This document shows positions 29,380 to 39,941 of a stretch of 64,000 nt of DNA, in pieces (positions within the stretch are counted from its first letter, which is position 1; each line of letters opens with the position of its first letter). The position numbers were made by a program, and so were the translations under genes. The DNA is from an uncultured Gemmatimonadales bacterium (GTDB lineage: Bacteria; Gemmatimonadota; Gemmatimonadetes; Gemmatimonadales; GWC2-71-9): contig CAWHFW010000001.1 in the NCBI GenBank assembly GCA_963828735.1, positions 1-64,000 of the forward strand, in the 5' to 3' direction. The notes beneath the pieces are model-generated. The model saw nothing but the letters and a program-made list of their open reading frames with translations, was not told the DNA's origin and made no database searches.

Positions 29380-32300
29380 ATCGAGCTCGAAGAGCGGCTC
29401 CAGGCTGCGGTCGGCGATCAGTACCGCATCCTGAGGGAGCTGGGTGGCGGCGGCATGAGCCGCGTATTCCTCGCCGAGGAGGTCCGCCTCGGCCGACAGG
29501 TCGTCATCAAGCTCCTCCCGCCCGAGATGGGCGCCGCGGTCAACGTGGAGCGGTTCGAGCGCGAGATCCAGCTCGCGGCCCGCCTGCAGCACCCCCACAT
29601 CGTTCCGCTTCTCACCGCCGGCGCCTCGGGCGATCTGCTGTATTACGTCATGCCGTTCATCTCGGGCGAGTCGCTCCGGGTGAAGCTGGCGCGCGAGGGC
29701 GAGCTGCCGGTGACGGAGACCGTGCGCATTCTGCGCGAGGTGGTCGACGCCCTGGCCTACGCCCACCGGAACGGCGTCGTCCACCGCGACATCAAGCCTG
29801 ACAACATCCTCCTGTCCGAGGGGCACGCGGTCGTCACCGACTTCGGCGTCGCCAAGGCCGTCACCGCATCGAGCGGCGGCGCCTCGCTCACGTCGCTGGG
29901 CGTGGCGCTGGGCACGCCGGCCTACATGGCGCCCGAGCAGGCCGCGGCCGACCCCCACGTGGACCATCGGGCCGACATCTACGCGGTCGGCGCGCTGGCG
30001 TACGAGATGCTCGCCGGACGGCCTCCGTTCACCGCGCCGACCGCTCAGGCGCTGCTCGCCGCGCAGATCACCCAAACGCCGGACCCGGTGGTGCAGTACC
30101 GCCGCACGGTTCCTCCGGGGCTCAACGCCGTGATCATGCGCTGCCTCGAGAAGCGCGCTGCCGACCGCTGGCAGAGCGCCGCGGAGCTGGTGCCGCAGCT
30201 CGACGCGATGAGTACCCCCAGCTCGGGGACCATGCCGGTCCCCGCGCCCGGCATCATCTCGAGTGGCACCGAGCAGGCGATTCGGCGCGGTCATCCCGTC
30301 CGGGTCGCCGCGCTGTTTCTCGTGGGCTCCCTCGTGGTACTCGCGGTCGTGTGGACGCTGGTGCGCCGCCTCGGGCTCCCCGACTGGGTGCTGTGGGCCG
30401 CGGCAGCACTGCTCGCGATCGGTCTGCCGATCATGCTCCTCACCGGCGCCCAGGAGCGGCAGCGCGCTGTTGCTCGGACGACGGGCCTGGTGCCCAACAC
30501 ACCGACCAGGTTGGACCGGTGGCTGACGTGGCGGAAGGCGCTGCTGGGTGGTGGGCTCGCGTTCGGCACGCTCGCGGTCGCCGCCGCGGCGTACACGGCG
30601 ATGCGCCTCCTGGGGATCGGTCCCGTGGGCACGCTGGTCGCCTCGGGCGTGCTCAAGGACCGCGAGCCGCTGGTGCTGGCCGATTTCGAGAACCGCACGG
30701 CGGACTCGACGCTCGGGCCGTCGCTCACGGAGGCGTTCCGGGTCGACTTGAGTCAGTCGCCCACCATCCGGCTCCTGGATGCGTCCTCGGTCGCCGATGC
30801 CTTGCGGCGCATGGAGCGCAACGAGAGCGGGAGCCTCCCGGCGCCGCTAGCCCGCGAGCTCGCCGAGCGCGAGGGCATCAAGGGCGTGGTGACCGGGCAG
30901 ATCGCGCCGGTGGGGAAGGGATACGTCCTCTCCGCCAATCTCCTCGGGGCGGCGGACGGGCACGTGTTGACGGCAGTGCGCGAGAGCGCCGAGAACGACG
31001 GCCAGCTGCTCGATGCCATCGGCCGGCTCTCCAAGAAGCTTCGCGAGCGGGTCGGCGAATCGCTGGTCTCGATCCGCGAGACCGCGCCCTTGCAGCAGGT
31101 GACGACCGGCTCGATGCCTGCCCTGCGACGCTATTCCGAGGCGCTCCGCCTCGAGGAGGACGACAAGCAGGAGGCGGCGATCGCGGCCCTGCGCGAGGCG
31201 GTGGCGCTCGACACCGGCTTCGCCATGGCGTACCGGAAGCTGGCGGTGCTCATCGGCAACACCGGTGGGGACCAGGCGGCCCAATTCGAGGCAGCGACAC
31301 GCGCGTTCGCCCATCGGGACCGATTGCCGGAGCTCGAGGGCGACCTCACCGCCGGGTACTACTACCAGTGGGTGGCCTACGACGCCACCGCGACTGTGGC
31401 CGCGTACCGGGCCGCGCTCAACCTCGATCCCGACAATCTGCCGGCGCTCAACAACCTCGCGGTCGAGCTGGGCCGCCGGCGTCACTACGCCGAGGCGGAG
31501 AGCCTGGTGGTCCGGGCCTCGCATCTTGGGCGGGGCGCGTCGTTCTTCGGGAACGCTGTCATTTACCAGGTAGCCCAGGGGCACTTCGCGGCGGCCGATT
31601 CGACGGTAGCGCGCTATGCGGCCAAGTCGCCCTCGAGCCCGGTTCTGCTGTCTCTGCGCGCCCAGATGAGCGCCGCTCGCCAGGACTACGCCGCGGCCGT
31701 CCGGCTGATCCTGCAGCTGCGCGCCGCGCAGGCGTCGAGTCCCACGTGGCAAGCGGTCACCAGCTTCGAGCTCTCCCGGCTGAGCCGGCTGACGGGAAGG
31801 CTCGACGACTCGGAGCGATACCTCCGCACCAACATGCAAGTGCTCGAATCGAACGGCCAGACGGGTGAATACGTCGGGCGCGCCGGCGAGCTCGCGATGC
31901 TGCAGGCCCAGATGCGCGGCCGACCGGACTCGGGCGTGGCCATCCTGTCGGCGGCGTTGAGCAAATATCCGCTCGCTGGCATCGCGCCGCTCAATCGCCC
32001 GTATGTCGGTCTCGTCATCGCGTACGCCACCATGGGCAAGCCCGCCGAAGCGCGACGCATCTGGAAGGAGTACGAGGCGACGATCCCCGAATCGGTCCGC
32101 CGTGGCGATCAGGGCGGCCAGCTGGCCGCCGGACTGGTGGCGGAGGCGGATCACCATCCGGACCAGGCGGAGGCTCACTACCGCGCCTGGTACGCCGGGA
32201 GTGGCGAGTGCGGCCCATGTGGGCTGTTGGAGCTGGCGAAGCTGGCGGACGCTGCCGGCCGCACGGACAGCGCGGTCGCGCTGTACGACCGCGGCATCAG

Positions 32301-32520
32301 CATGCCCAGTCTTACCCGGTACCGGTACGATGCCTACCGGCTGCCGGAAGCCCTCAAGCGGGTGGGTGAGCTGTACGAGGCCAAGGGCGACCGCGCCAAG
32401 GCGGCCGACCGCTACCGCCGCTTCGTGGATCTGTGGAAGGACGCCGACCCCGCGTTGCAGCCAGGTGTGCGCGAGGTGCGCGCGCGTATCGCCCGGCTGG
32501 CCACGGAGCCCGGCACCTGA
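29380..32520 (+). CDS. Hanks-type Ser/Thr protein kinase with TM segments and C-terminal TPR region
   Basis: RELGGGGMSRVF, VIK, HRDIKPDN, DFG, GTPAYMAPE, DIYAVG, about 3 TM helices, TPR-like repeats. The Gly loop lies upstream of ATG 29455, so the start is placed at the in-frame ATC 29380. Confidence 0.88.
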   Translation: MELEERLQAAVGDQYRILRELGGGGMSRVFLAEEVRLGRQVVIKLLPPEMGAAVNVERFEREIQLAARLQHPHIVPLLTAGASGDLLYYVMPFISGESLRVKLAREGELPVTETVRILREVVDALAYAHRNGVVHRDIKPDNILLSEGHAVVTDFGVAKAVTASSGGASLTSLGVALGTPAYMAPEQAAADPHVDHRADIYAVGALAYEMLAGRPPFTAPTAQALLAAQITQTPDPVVQYRRTVPPGLNAVIMRCLEKRAADRWQSAAELVPQLDAMSTPSSGTMPVPAPGIISSGTEQAIRRGHPVRVAALFLVGSLVVLAVVWTLVRRLGLPDWVLWAAAALLAIGLPIMLLTGAQERQRAVARTTGLVPNTPTRLDRWLTWRKALLGGGLAFGTLAVAAAAYTAMRLLGIGPVGTLVASGVLKDREPLVLADFENRTADSTLGPSLTEAFRVDLSQSPTIRLLDASSVADALRRMERNESGSLPAPLARELAEREGIKGVVTGQIAPVGKGYVLSANLLGAADGHVLTAVRESAENDGQLLDAIGRLSKKLRERVGESLVSIRETAPLQQVTTGSMPALRRYSEALRLEEDDKQEAAIAALREAVALDTGFAMAYRKLAVLIGNTGGDQAAQFEAATRAFAHRDRLPELEGDLTAGYYYQWVAYDATATVAAYRAALNLDPDNLPALNNLAVELGRRRHYAEAESLVVRASHLGRGASFFGNAVIYQVAQGHFAAADSTVARYAAKSPSSPVLLSLRAQMSAARQDYAAAVRLILQLRAAQASSPTWQAVTSFELSRLSRLTGRLDDSERYLRTNMQVLESNGQTGEYVGRAGELAMLQAQMRGRPDSGVAILSAALSKYPLAGIAPLNRPYVGLVIAYATMGKPAEARRIWKEYEATIPESVRRGDQGGQLAAGLVAEADHHPDQAEAHYRAWYAGSGECGPCGLLELAKLADAAGRTDSAVALYDRGISMPSLTRYRYDAYRLPEALKRVGELYEAKGDRAKAADRYRRFVDLWKDADPALQPGVREVRARIARLATEPGT

Positions 32521-32531
32521 GCTCCGTCCGC

Positions 32532-33680
32532 ATGCTGCTCGACGATCGCGAGTTGTTGGCCCGGCTGGTCGCGTTCGATAGCACCAGCCATGCGAGCAAC
32601 CTTCCGCTCGCCGACTTCCTCGCCGGGTATCTGGACCGGCCTGGGGTCCGCATCGAGCGGAACCAATCCGCCGACGGCCGGAAGACCAATCTCGTGATCA
32701 CGGTCGGCCCGGAGGCGGAGGACCGGAGCGGCCTGCTGCTCTCCGGCCACATGGATGTCGTGCCCGCGCTCGAGGCGGACTGGCGCTCGGATCCCTTCGC
32801 GCTGCTGGAGGACGGCGAGCGCTACGTGGGCCGCGGCACGGCCGACATGAAGGGGTTCCTCGCTCTCGCCACCAACCGCATGGCCGCGCTGAATCCGACG
32901 ACCGTGCGGCGCCCGCTCGCGCTGCTCTTCACCTACGACGAGGAGACCGGGACGCTCGGCGCGCGGCGGTTCACCGAGACCTGGCCCGCGCCCGAGCGTC
33001 TGCCGCGCGAGGTCATCATCGGCGAGCCGACCGAGATGCGGGTGGTGCGCGCGCACAAAGGAATGCTGCGATTGCGGCTCCGGTTCACGGGCATCGCCGC
33101 CCATTCGGGCTATCCCCACCTGGGACACAACGCGATCGAGCCGGCGGCGCGGGCCATCGTGGCGCTCTCGGAGCTCAGGCGGCAGATGGAGGCGGAGCGT
33201 CCGCCGCACCACGAGCAGTTTCCCAAGGTGCCGTTCGCGGCGCTCAACGTCGGAACCATCGCCGGCGGCAGCGCCAGCAACGTGGTGCCGGACCGCTGCG
33301 AGGTGGACCTCGGCATCCGACTGCTGCCCGGCATGGCGGCGGCCGCGATGACCGACAGGATCCGGGAGACCGTCGCGGACGCGCTGGGCGCGGAGCCGTT
33401 CACGCTCGAGCATGTGAACCTGAGCCCGCCCATGATCGCCCCTGCCGACGCGCCGATTCACCGCGAGCTGTGCGAGGCGGTGCATCAGCACGACGAGCAC
33501 AGTGTCATGTTCGCCACCGACGCCGGCTGGCTGCAGGACGCCGGCTTCCGGTGCGTGCTCTTCGGGCCGGGCAGCATCGAGGTGGCGCACCGGGCCAACG
33601 AGTTCATGCCGGCCGATGAGCTGCGACGCGCCGGCGAGGTGCTGGACGCGCTGGTCCACCGGCGCTGCGTGGCCGAATGA
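32532..33680 (+). CDS. argE: M20A ArgE-like N-acyl amino acid deacylase
   Basis: SGHMDVVP, GRGTADMKG, YDEE, GEPT, AHS, GPGSIEVAHRANE. Confidence 0.85.
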   Translation: MLLDDRELLARLVAFDSTSHASNLPLADFLAGYLDRPGVRIERNQSADGRKTNLVITVGPEAEDRSGLLLSGHMDVVPALEADWRSDPFALLEDGERYVGRGTADMKGFLALATNRMAALNPTTVRRPLALLFTYDEETGTLGARRFTETWPAPERLPREVIIGEPTEMRVVRAHKGMLRLRLRFTGIAAHSGYPHLGHNAIEPAARAIVALSELRRQMEAERPPHHEQFPKVPFAALNVGTIAGGSASNVVPDRCEVDLGIRLLPGMAAAAMTDRIRETVADALGAEPFTLEHVNLSPPMIAPADAPIHRELCEAVHQHDEHSVMFATDAGWLQDAGFRCVLFGPGSIEVAHRANEFMPADELRRAGEVLDALVHRRCVAE

Positions 33681-34969
33681 GTCGGGTGCTCGAGGCGGAG
33701 CTCACCTGGACCGGCGCCAGGTTCGAGCGCGACACGCAGGTGGCGATCGGCGACGACGGACGCATCGAGGCGGTCGGACGACTGGACCGTGCAGGTGCCG
33801 AGCGGCTGTCCGGCATCGCCCTGCTTCCCGGCCTCGTGAACGCGCACTCGCACGCCTTCCAGCGCGGCCTGCGCGGGTCGGGGGAGAGCTTCCCGTCGGG
33901 CGCCGGCAGCTTCTGGACCTGGCGGCAGGCGATGTATCAGCTGGTCGAGTCGCTGGACCGGGCCACGCTCCGCCGGATATCCGCCCGGGCCTTCGCGGAG
34001 ATGCGCGATGCGGGCATCACGACCGTGGGAGAGTTTCACTACGTCCATCACGAGCGCGAAGGCGATTTCGCGTTGGATGACGCCATCCTCGAGGCGGCGG
34101 CCGACGCGGGGATCCGGATGGTCCTGCTGTACTGCTTCTACGCCACAGGCGCGCCGGGGCGTTCGCTCGAGGGCGGCCAGCGGCGGTTCGCCACCCCATC
34201 GGTCGACGAGTTCTGGCGGCGGGTGGACCTCCTCACGAGCCGCCTCGACGCTGCCACGCAGACCATCGGCGTTGCCCCGCACAGCATTCGCGCGGCCGGT
34301 CCGGACCAGATCCGGCTGATTTATGACGAGGCGGCTCGCCGCAAGCTGCCGGTGCACCTCCACGTGGAAGAGCAACGGCGCGAGATCGATGAGTCCTTGG
34401 CCGCCTACGGACGCACGCCGATGGCGGTCGTCCTCGAGGCAGTGCGTGGCGGGACGTTCACTGCCGTGCACTGCACCCACACCTCGGACGAGGACATGGC
34501 GCGCTTTCTCGGCGCCGGCGGCAACGTCTGCCTGTGTCCGCTGACCGAGGGGAACCTGGGCGACGGGATCCCGAAGCTCGACCGCGCGCATGCCGCGGGC
34601 GGCCGGCTCGCGATCGGAACCGACAGCAACAATCGGCTCGCCATGCTGGAGGAGATGCGCTGGATCGAGTACGGACAACGGCTCCACGGCGAGATGCGGG
34701 GCGCGCTTCCGGACGCCGCCGGTGACGTGGCCCCGACGCTGCTGGCCGCCGCGACGACGGGGGGCGCGCGCGCGCTGTCACTGCCGGCCGGCCGCATCGC
34801 CGCTGGCTGCTGGGCCGACATGGTGGCGATCGACCTCGGCGCGGCGGCGCTGGCGGAGGTTCCACCGACACGGCTCCTCGACGCATTGGTCTTCGGCGCC
34901 GGGAACGAGGTGATCGCGGGAACGTACGTCGGCGGGCGGTGGCGCGAGACCGGGGCGGCGAGCCGGTGA
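33677..34969 (+). CDS. hutF: Formimidoylglutamate deiminase
   Basis: NAHSHAFQR, SFWTWR, VGEFHYVHH, APHSIRA, HLHVEEQ, HCTH, CPLTEGNLGDG, IGTDSN. Confidence 0.85.
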   Translation: MSRVLEAELTWTGARFERDTQVAIGDDGRIEAVGRLDRAGAERLSGIALLPGLVNAHSHAFQRGLRGSGESFPSGAGSFWTWRQAMYQLVESLDRATLRRISARAFAEMRDAGITTVGEFHYVHHEREGDFALDDAILEAAADAGIRMVLLYCFYATGAPGRSLEGGQRRFATPSVDEFWRRVDLLTSRLDAATQTIGVAPHSIRAAGPDQIRLIYDEAARRKLPVHLHVEEQRREIDESLAAYGRTPMAVVLEAVRGGTFTAVHCTHTSDEDMARFLGAGGNVCLCPLTEGNLGDGIPKLDRAHAAGGRLAIGTDSNNRLAMLEEMRWIEYGQRLHGEMRGALPDAAGDVAPTLLAAATTGGARALSLPAGRIAAGCWADMVAIDLGAAALAEVPPTRLLDALVFGAGNEVIAGTYVGGRWRETGAASR

Positions 34970-35002
34970 CCGGGGCCGCGACCTCGGACCTGGTCCGACA
35001 CG

Positions 35003-35027
35003 ATCCCTCGCCCCGCGCGGGATGACG
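35003..35027 (-). repeat. CGTC-tagged REP-like palindrome (single degenerate copy)
   Basis: Minus strand reads CGTC-ATCCC-GCGC-GGG-GCGA-GGGAT, a tag plus imperfect hairpin, in the hutF-fpg intergenic space. Confidence 0.4.
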
Positions 35028-35044
35028 AGCGCGCTCGAGCGTCC

Positions 35045-35930
35045 ATGCCAGAGCTCCCCGACATCACGGTTTACCTCGAGTGCCTCGCCCCGCGCGTTCT
35101 GGCCCAGCCGCTCGTGCGGCTCGTCATCGGCAACCCGTTCGCGCTCCGCACCGTGTCCCCGTCGCCGGCGGACGTCGCCGGCGCGCGGGTGACGGAACTC
35201 CGGAGGCTCGGCAAGCGCATCGTCCTGGCGCTCGAGGGCGAACGCTTCATCGTGATCCACCTCATGATCGCCGGCCGACTGCGCTGGCATCCCGTGGAGT
35301 GGAAAGCCGCCCGGCAAGACCGCGCTCGCGCGGTTCGAGTTCCCCACGGGGACGCTGGCCCTTTCCGAGGCCGGCTCGAAGCGGCGGGCCTCCATTCACC
35401 TCGTCGAAGGCGAAGCGAATCTCGAGCCGTTCCGGCGGGGCGGGCTGGAGGTGCTCGAGGCGAGCGAGGCGCAGTTCGCCGAGCGGCTCAGAAGCGAGAG
35501 CCACACCCTCAAACGGGCGCTCACCGATCCTCGCATCTTCAGCGGCATCGGCAACGCCTATTCCGACGAGATCCTGCATCGGGCGCGCTTGTCGCCGCTC
35601 GCCCTCACGCGAAAGCTGGATGACGCGGCGGTGAGCCGGCTGTACGACGCGACCCGCGCGACCCTTCAGGACTGGACCGCGCGGCTTCGCGCCGACGTGG
35701 GTGATGGCTTCCCCGACAAGGTGACGGCGTTCCGCGAAGGCATGGCGGTCCACGGACGCTACCGCGAGCCGTGCCCCGTCTGCGGTACGCCCGTCCAGCG
35801 CATCCGATATGCAGACAACGAGACCAACTACTGCGCCCGCTGCCAGACGGGAGGACGCCTCCTCGCGGATCGCGCGATGTCGCGGCTCCTGCGCGAGGAC
35901 TGGCCGCGGTCGATCGACGAGGTGGAGTGA
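35045..35930 (+). CDS. Fpg/Nei family DNA glycosylase; apparent +1 frameshift at about 35297
   Basis: [20 protein letters not shown]2TH motif [12 protein letters not shown]-terminal zinc finger CPVC...CARCQ. Confidence 0.88.
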
Positions 35931-35932
35931 CC

Positions 35933-37252
35933 ATGTCGGGTACGCGGTCGTTCGTCCGATGGCGCATCTGCGGCCTCATGACCGTGGCGAGCTTCGTCGC
36001 GTACCTGCTGCGCAGCAACATGTCCGTGGCCGGGGACTCGATGGCGGCCGATCTCGGGCTGTCGCGGATTCAGCTCGGCCTCATCCTGGCCGGCTTTGCG
36101 TGGGGCTACGCGATCTTCCAGTTCCCCGGCGGGGTGCTGGGTGATCGGATCGGGGCCCGTCGCGCGCTGACGTACCTCGCCGTCTGTTGGGCTTTCCTCA
36201 ACCTGCTGGTGGCGTTCGTACCCGGACGGATCGCGGGTTCAGCCGTGATCGTGATCGGCGCGCTGACCGCGCTCCGATTCCTCATGGGCGCCGCGCAGGC
36301 GCCGCTCTTTCCAATCATCGGGGGCGGCACCACCTGTCACTGGTTTCCGGTGTCCGGCTGGGCGCTGCCGAATGCGATGCAGAACGCGGGCGCCACCTTC
36401 GGCGCCGCGGCGACCGGACCGCTGATCGTCTGGCTGATGGAGCGCGCCGGATGGCGCGGATCGTTCCTGCTGACCGCTCCGGCGGGGCTGCTCCTGGCCG
36501 CCGTGTGGTGGTGGTACGTGCGTGATCGCCCCTCCGAGCATCCCGGGGTCAGCGGGGAGGAGCGGGCGTTGATCGATGCCGGTCGGACGGCGGCCGACTT
36601 CGCTCCCCCGACGCGTGGCGCGTGGCGCCTGGTGCTCCGAAACCGTCAGGTGCGGTTGCTCGCGCTCGGCTACTTCTGCGCCAACTATCTCTTCTACTTC
36701 TTCTTCAACTGGCTGTTCGTGTATCTCATCGACGGGCGGGGCTTCCAGCTGCTCGAAGGGGGCTGGTACGCCGCGATGCCCTGGATGGCCGGCGCCGTGG
36801 GGGCCGTCCTCGGCGGCTGGCTCTGCGATCGTCTGTGGAAGCGCCTCGGCGCGCGGCGCAGCTGCAGCTATCTCGGCGCCGCGGGATTGGCCGTCTCCGG
36901 CGGACTGCTGCTCATGGCAGCCGTGGCGCCGCATCCCGTCGTCGCGGTCCTGCTCCTCTCGCTCTGCCTCGCCGCGGAGCAGTTTACCGACGCGATCTAT
37001 TGGGCGGCGACGATCGCGGTCGCCGGGCGCCACGCGTCGGCCGCCTGCGGCGTCATGAACACGGGTGGGAACATCGTGGGCGGTGTGGGCGCGCTGCTGG
37101 TGCCCGTGATCGTGGACCGACTCGGCTGGCCGGCAGCGCTGGTCAGCGCCGCGCTGTTCGCGTTCCTGGCGGCGGGGCTATGGCTCGTGACGGCAGCGGA
37201 CCGCGCGATGGACCAGTCCGCCGAGTCCACGCCGGCTCAGACACTCGCCTAG
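35933..37252 (+). CDS. MFS transporter, anion:cation symporter (ACS)-like
   Basis: AYLLRSNMSVA, GGVLGDRIGARR, LRFLMGAAQAPLFP, GWRGSF; about 12 TM. Confidence 0.88.
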   Translation: MSGTRSFVRWRICGLMTVASFVAYLLRSNMSVAGDSMAADLGLSRIQLGLILAGFAWGYAIFQFPGGVLGDRIGARRALTYLAVCWAFLNLLVAFVPGRIAGSAVIVIGALTALRFLMGAAQAPLFPIIGGGTTCHWFPVSGWALPNAMQNAGATFGAAATGPLIVWLMERAGWRGSFLLTAPAGLLLAAVWWWYVRDRPSEHPGVSGEERALIDAGRTAADFAPPTRGAWRLVLRNRQVRLLALGYFCANYLFYFFFNWLFVYLIDGRGFQLLEGGWYAAMPWMAGAVGAVLGGWLCDRLWKRLGARRSCSYLGAAGLAVSGGLLLMAAVAPHPVVAVLLLSLCLAAEQFTDAIYWAATIAVAGRHASAACGVMNTGGNIVGGVGALLVPVIVDRLGWPAALVSAALFAFLAAGLWLVTAADRAMDQSAESTPAQTLA

Positions 37253-37269
37253 CCACCGGGCGGGCGCAC

Positions 37270-38910
37270 TCAGCGGACCAACACCCGGCCGACCATGGCC
37301 CGCGCCTCCTCGACGATGCGCGCGAGGTGCGTGGCGTCCCGGAAGCTCTCCGCGTACAGCTTGTACACGTTCTCGGTTCCGCTCGGCCGTGCCGCGAACC
37401 ACCCCTGGGCCGTCGTGACCTTGAGTCCGCCGATGGGGGCGCCGTTGCCGGGGGCACGGGTGAGCTTCGCCTCGATCGGGTCACCCGCGAGCGAATCGGC
37501 CGTCACCGCGTCCGGCGTGAGCCGCTTGAACCCTGCCTTCTCGGCCGGCGAGCACGGCGTGTCGATGCGGGTGTACACAGGCGCGCCCAGCCGGCGGGTG
37601 AGCTCCGTATAGTGAGCACCCGGATCGCGTCCCGTGACCGCCGTGATCTCCGCCGCGAGCAGGCCGAGCAGGATGCCGTCCTTGTCCGTGGTCCACACGC
37701 CGCCGTCGCGCCGGAGGAAGCTCGCTCCGGCGCTTTCCTCGCCGCCGAAGCACACCGTCCCGTCGTACAACCCGGGCGCGAACCACTTGAACCCCACCGG
37801 CACCTCGAACAGCGCGTGGCGGAGGTCCTTCACCACGCGGTCGATCAGCGCGCTCGAGACCAGCGTCTTGCCCACCGCGGCCGATGCCGTCCACGCCGGC
37901 CGGTGGCGGAGCAGGTAGTCGATGGCGACCGCGAGATAGTGGTTCGGGTTGAGCAGCCCGGCGGAGGGGGTCACGATTCCGTGGCGATCCGCGTCGGGAT
38001 CGTTGCCCCACGCCACCTGGAACCGGTCCTTGAGCCCCACGAGACCGGCCATCGCCCAGGGGCTCGAACAGTCCATCCGGATCTTGCCGTCGTGATCTAC
38101 GGTCATGAAGCCGAACGTCGGATCGATTGCCGGGTTGACCACGGTAAGATCGAGTCCGTACCGCTCCGCGATGCGGGGCCAGTATCCGATGGATGCGCCG
38201 CCCAGCGGATCCACGCCGATGCGCACCCGGGCTCCGCGGACCGCGTCGAGATCGATCGCCTCCGCCAGCGCCGCGACGTAGGGCCCGGCCAGATCGGCCT
38301 CGTGCGTGGTCGTGGCGGCCCGGGCACGGTCGATCGGGATTCTACGGATCCCGGCATTGCCACCGGCGAGCAGCGCGTTCGCCCGGTCCTGAATCCAGCC
38401 GGTTACGTCGGTGTCCGCCGGTCCGCCGTCGCTCGGGTTGTACTTGAAGCCGCCGTCGGCCGGAGGGTTGTGGGATGGCGTGATGACGATCCCATCCGCG
38501 AGCCCCGAAGCGCGGCCGGTGTTGTGCGCGAGGATCGCCCGCGAGACCGCGGGCGTCGGTGTGTAGCCGTCGGCGCGCTCGACCACCACCGTGACGTCGT
38601 TGGCCGCCAGCACCTCGAGGGCCGTCCGCTCGGCAGGCCGCGACACCGCGTGTGTGTCCTTGCCCAGATACAGCGGGCCCGTGATTCCGCGCTCGCGGCG
38701 GTGGTCCACTATCGCCTGCGTGATGGCGAGGATGTGCGCTTCGGTGAAGCTCGCGTCGAGCGGGGTGCCCCGGTGGCCGCTCGTGCCGAAGCTCACGCGC
38801 TCCGCCGGGCTGGAGGGGTCCGGCTGGCCCTCGTAGTAGCCCCGCTCCAGCTCGCCGACATCGATCAACAGGTTCGCCGGCGCGCGGTGACCGGCGAGAG
38901 GGTGCGGCAT
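37270..38910 (-). CDS. pgm: Phosphoglucomutase (glucose-1,6-bisphosphate dependent)
   Basis: [42 protein letters not shown]. Confidence 0.95.
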   Translation of the reverse strand: MPHPLAGHRAPANLLIDVGELERGYYEGQPDPSSPAERVSFGTSGHRGTPLDASFTEAHILAITQAIVDHRRERGITGPLYLGKDTHAVSRPAERTALEVLAANDVTVVVERADGYTPTPAVSRAILAHNTGRASGLADGIVITPSHNPPADGGFKYNPSDGGPADTDVTGWIQDRANALLAGGNAGIRRIPIDRARAATTTHEADLAGPYVAALAEAIDLDAVRGARVRIGVDPLGGASIGYWPRIAERYGLDLTVVNPAIDPTFGFMTVDHDGKIRMDCSSPWAMAGLVGLKDRFQVAWGNDPDADRHGIVTPSAGLLNPNHYLAVAIDYLLRHRPAWTASAAVGKTLVSSALIDRVVKDLRHALFEVPVGFKWFAPGLYDGTVCFGGEESAGASFLRRDGGVWTTDKDGILLGLLAAEITAVTGRDPGAHYTELTRRLGAPVYTRIDTPCSPAEKAGFKRLTPDAVTADSLAGDPIEAKLTRAPGNGAPIGGLKVTTAQGWFAARPSGTENVYKLYAESFRDATHLARIVEEARAMVGRVLVR

Positions 38911-39047
38911 GAGTGGCTCCCGGGCGGGATGGTGAGGACGCGCGAAACATGCCCCTGGCATTAGGGATGAACAACCGCTGGCGCACCGGGTCCGCGTGCG
39001 GCATCTTGGCCATGACTCCTACGTTCATCCCGCGGCATCGAGGGCGT

Positions 39048-39935
39048 ATGACTTCCCCGATGGCAGATGTGGCCGCGCCCCCGGCGCGGAAGCCCACCGA
39101 CGAAGAGCTCGACGTCTACGGTCTCACGCACCCGGGCAAGGTGCGCCCGAGCAATCAGGACCATTTTCTCATCTGCTCCCTCAGCAAGCAGGTGCGGGTG
39201 CACCTGACCAGTCTCTCGACGGCCGCTGAGCTGGCGGCGCCGACCGAGCGGCTCGCGTTCCTCGCGATGGTGGCGGACGGGGTCGGCGGCAGGGCGGCCG
39301 GCGAGACGGCGAGCCGGCTCGCCGTCGAGGTGGTGACGCGCTACGTCTCCCAGAGCATTCAGTGTTACTACTCGGCCCCCGCCGATAACGACGAGGCCTT
39401 CCTCGCGGCGTTGCAGGAGGCGGCCATGCAGTCCCACGCCGATCTGCTGGCGATGGCCGACTCGCAGCCCGAGCTGGCCGGGATGGCTACCACGCTCACG
39501 CTCTGGATCGGGGTGTGGCCGCGCGCCTATCTGCTCCAGGTCGGCGACAGCCGCTGCTACCTGCTGCGCGGGGGCGAGCTCACCCAGCTCTCGCGCGACC
39601 AGACGATGGCGCAGGAGTTGGTGGACGCGGGCGTGCTCGCCCGCGCGGAGGCGAGCCGCACGCGCTGGGCGCACACCCTCTCCAGCGCGATTGGCGGCCG
39701 ACAGACCGCCCCGACCGTCACACGGCTCGACCAGGAATGGGGCAACGTCGGACTCCTCTGCACCGATGGCCTGACGGCGCACGTCTCGGACGACCGGATT
39801 CGGAACCGCCTGCAGACGATGACGTCGGCCAAGCAGGTCTGCGAGGACCTGCTGCAGGACGCGCTGGACGGCGGCGGGACGGACAACATCACCATCCTCG
39901 TAGGCCGGACCATCCTCAGGCCAACGAATCAGTGA
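39048..39935 (+). CDS. PP2C-family Ser/Thr protein phosphatase
   Basis: GKVRPSNQD, VADGVGG, GMATT, VGDSRCY, LCTDGL, GGTDNIT. The start may be 39060. Confidence 0.92.
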   Translation: MTSPMADVAAPPARKPTDEELDVYGLTHPGKVRPSNQDHFLICSLSKQVRVHLTSLSTAAELAAPTERLAFLAMVADGVGGRAAGETASRLAVEVVTRYVSQSIQCYYSAPADNDEAFLAALQEAAMQSHADLLAMADSQPELAGMATTLTLWIGVWPRAYLLQVGDSRCYLLRGGELTQLSRDQTMAQELVDAGVLARAEASRTRWAHTLSSAIGGRQTAPTVTRLDQEWGNVGLLCTDGLTAHVSDDRIRNRLQTMTSAKQVCEDLLQDALDGGGTDNITILVGRTILRPTNQ

Positions 39936-39941
39936 GCTGAG

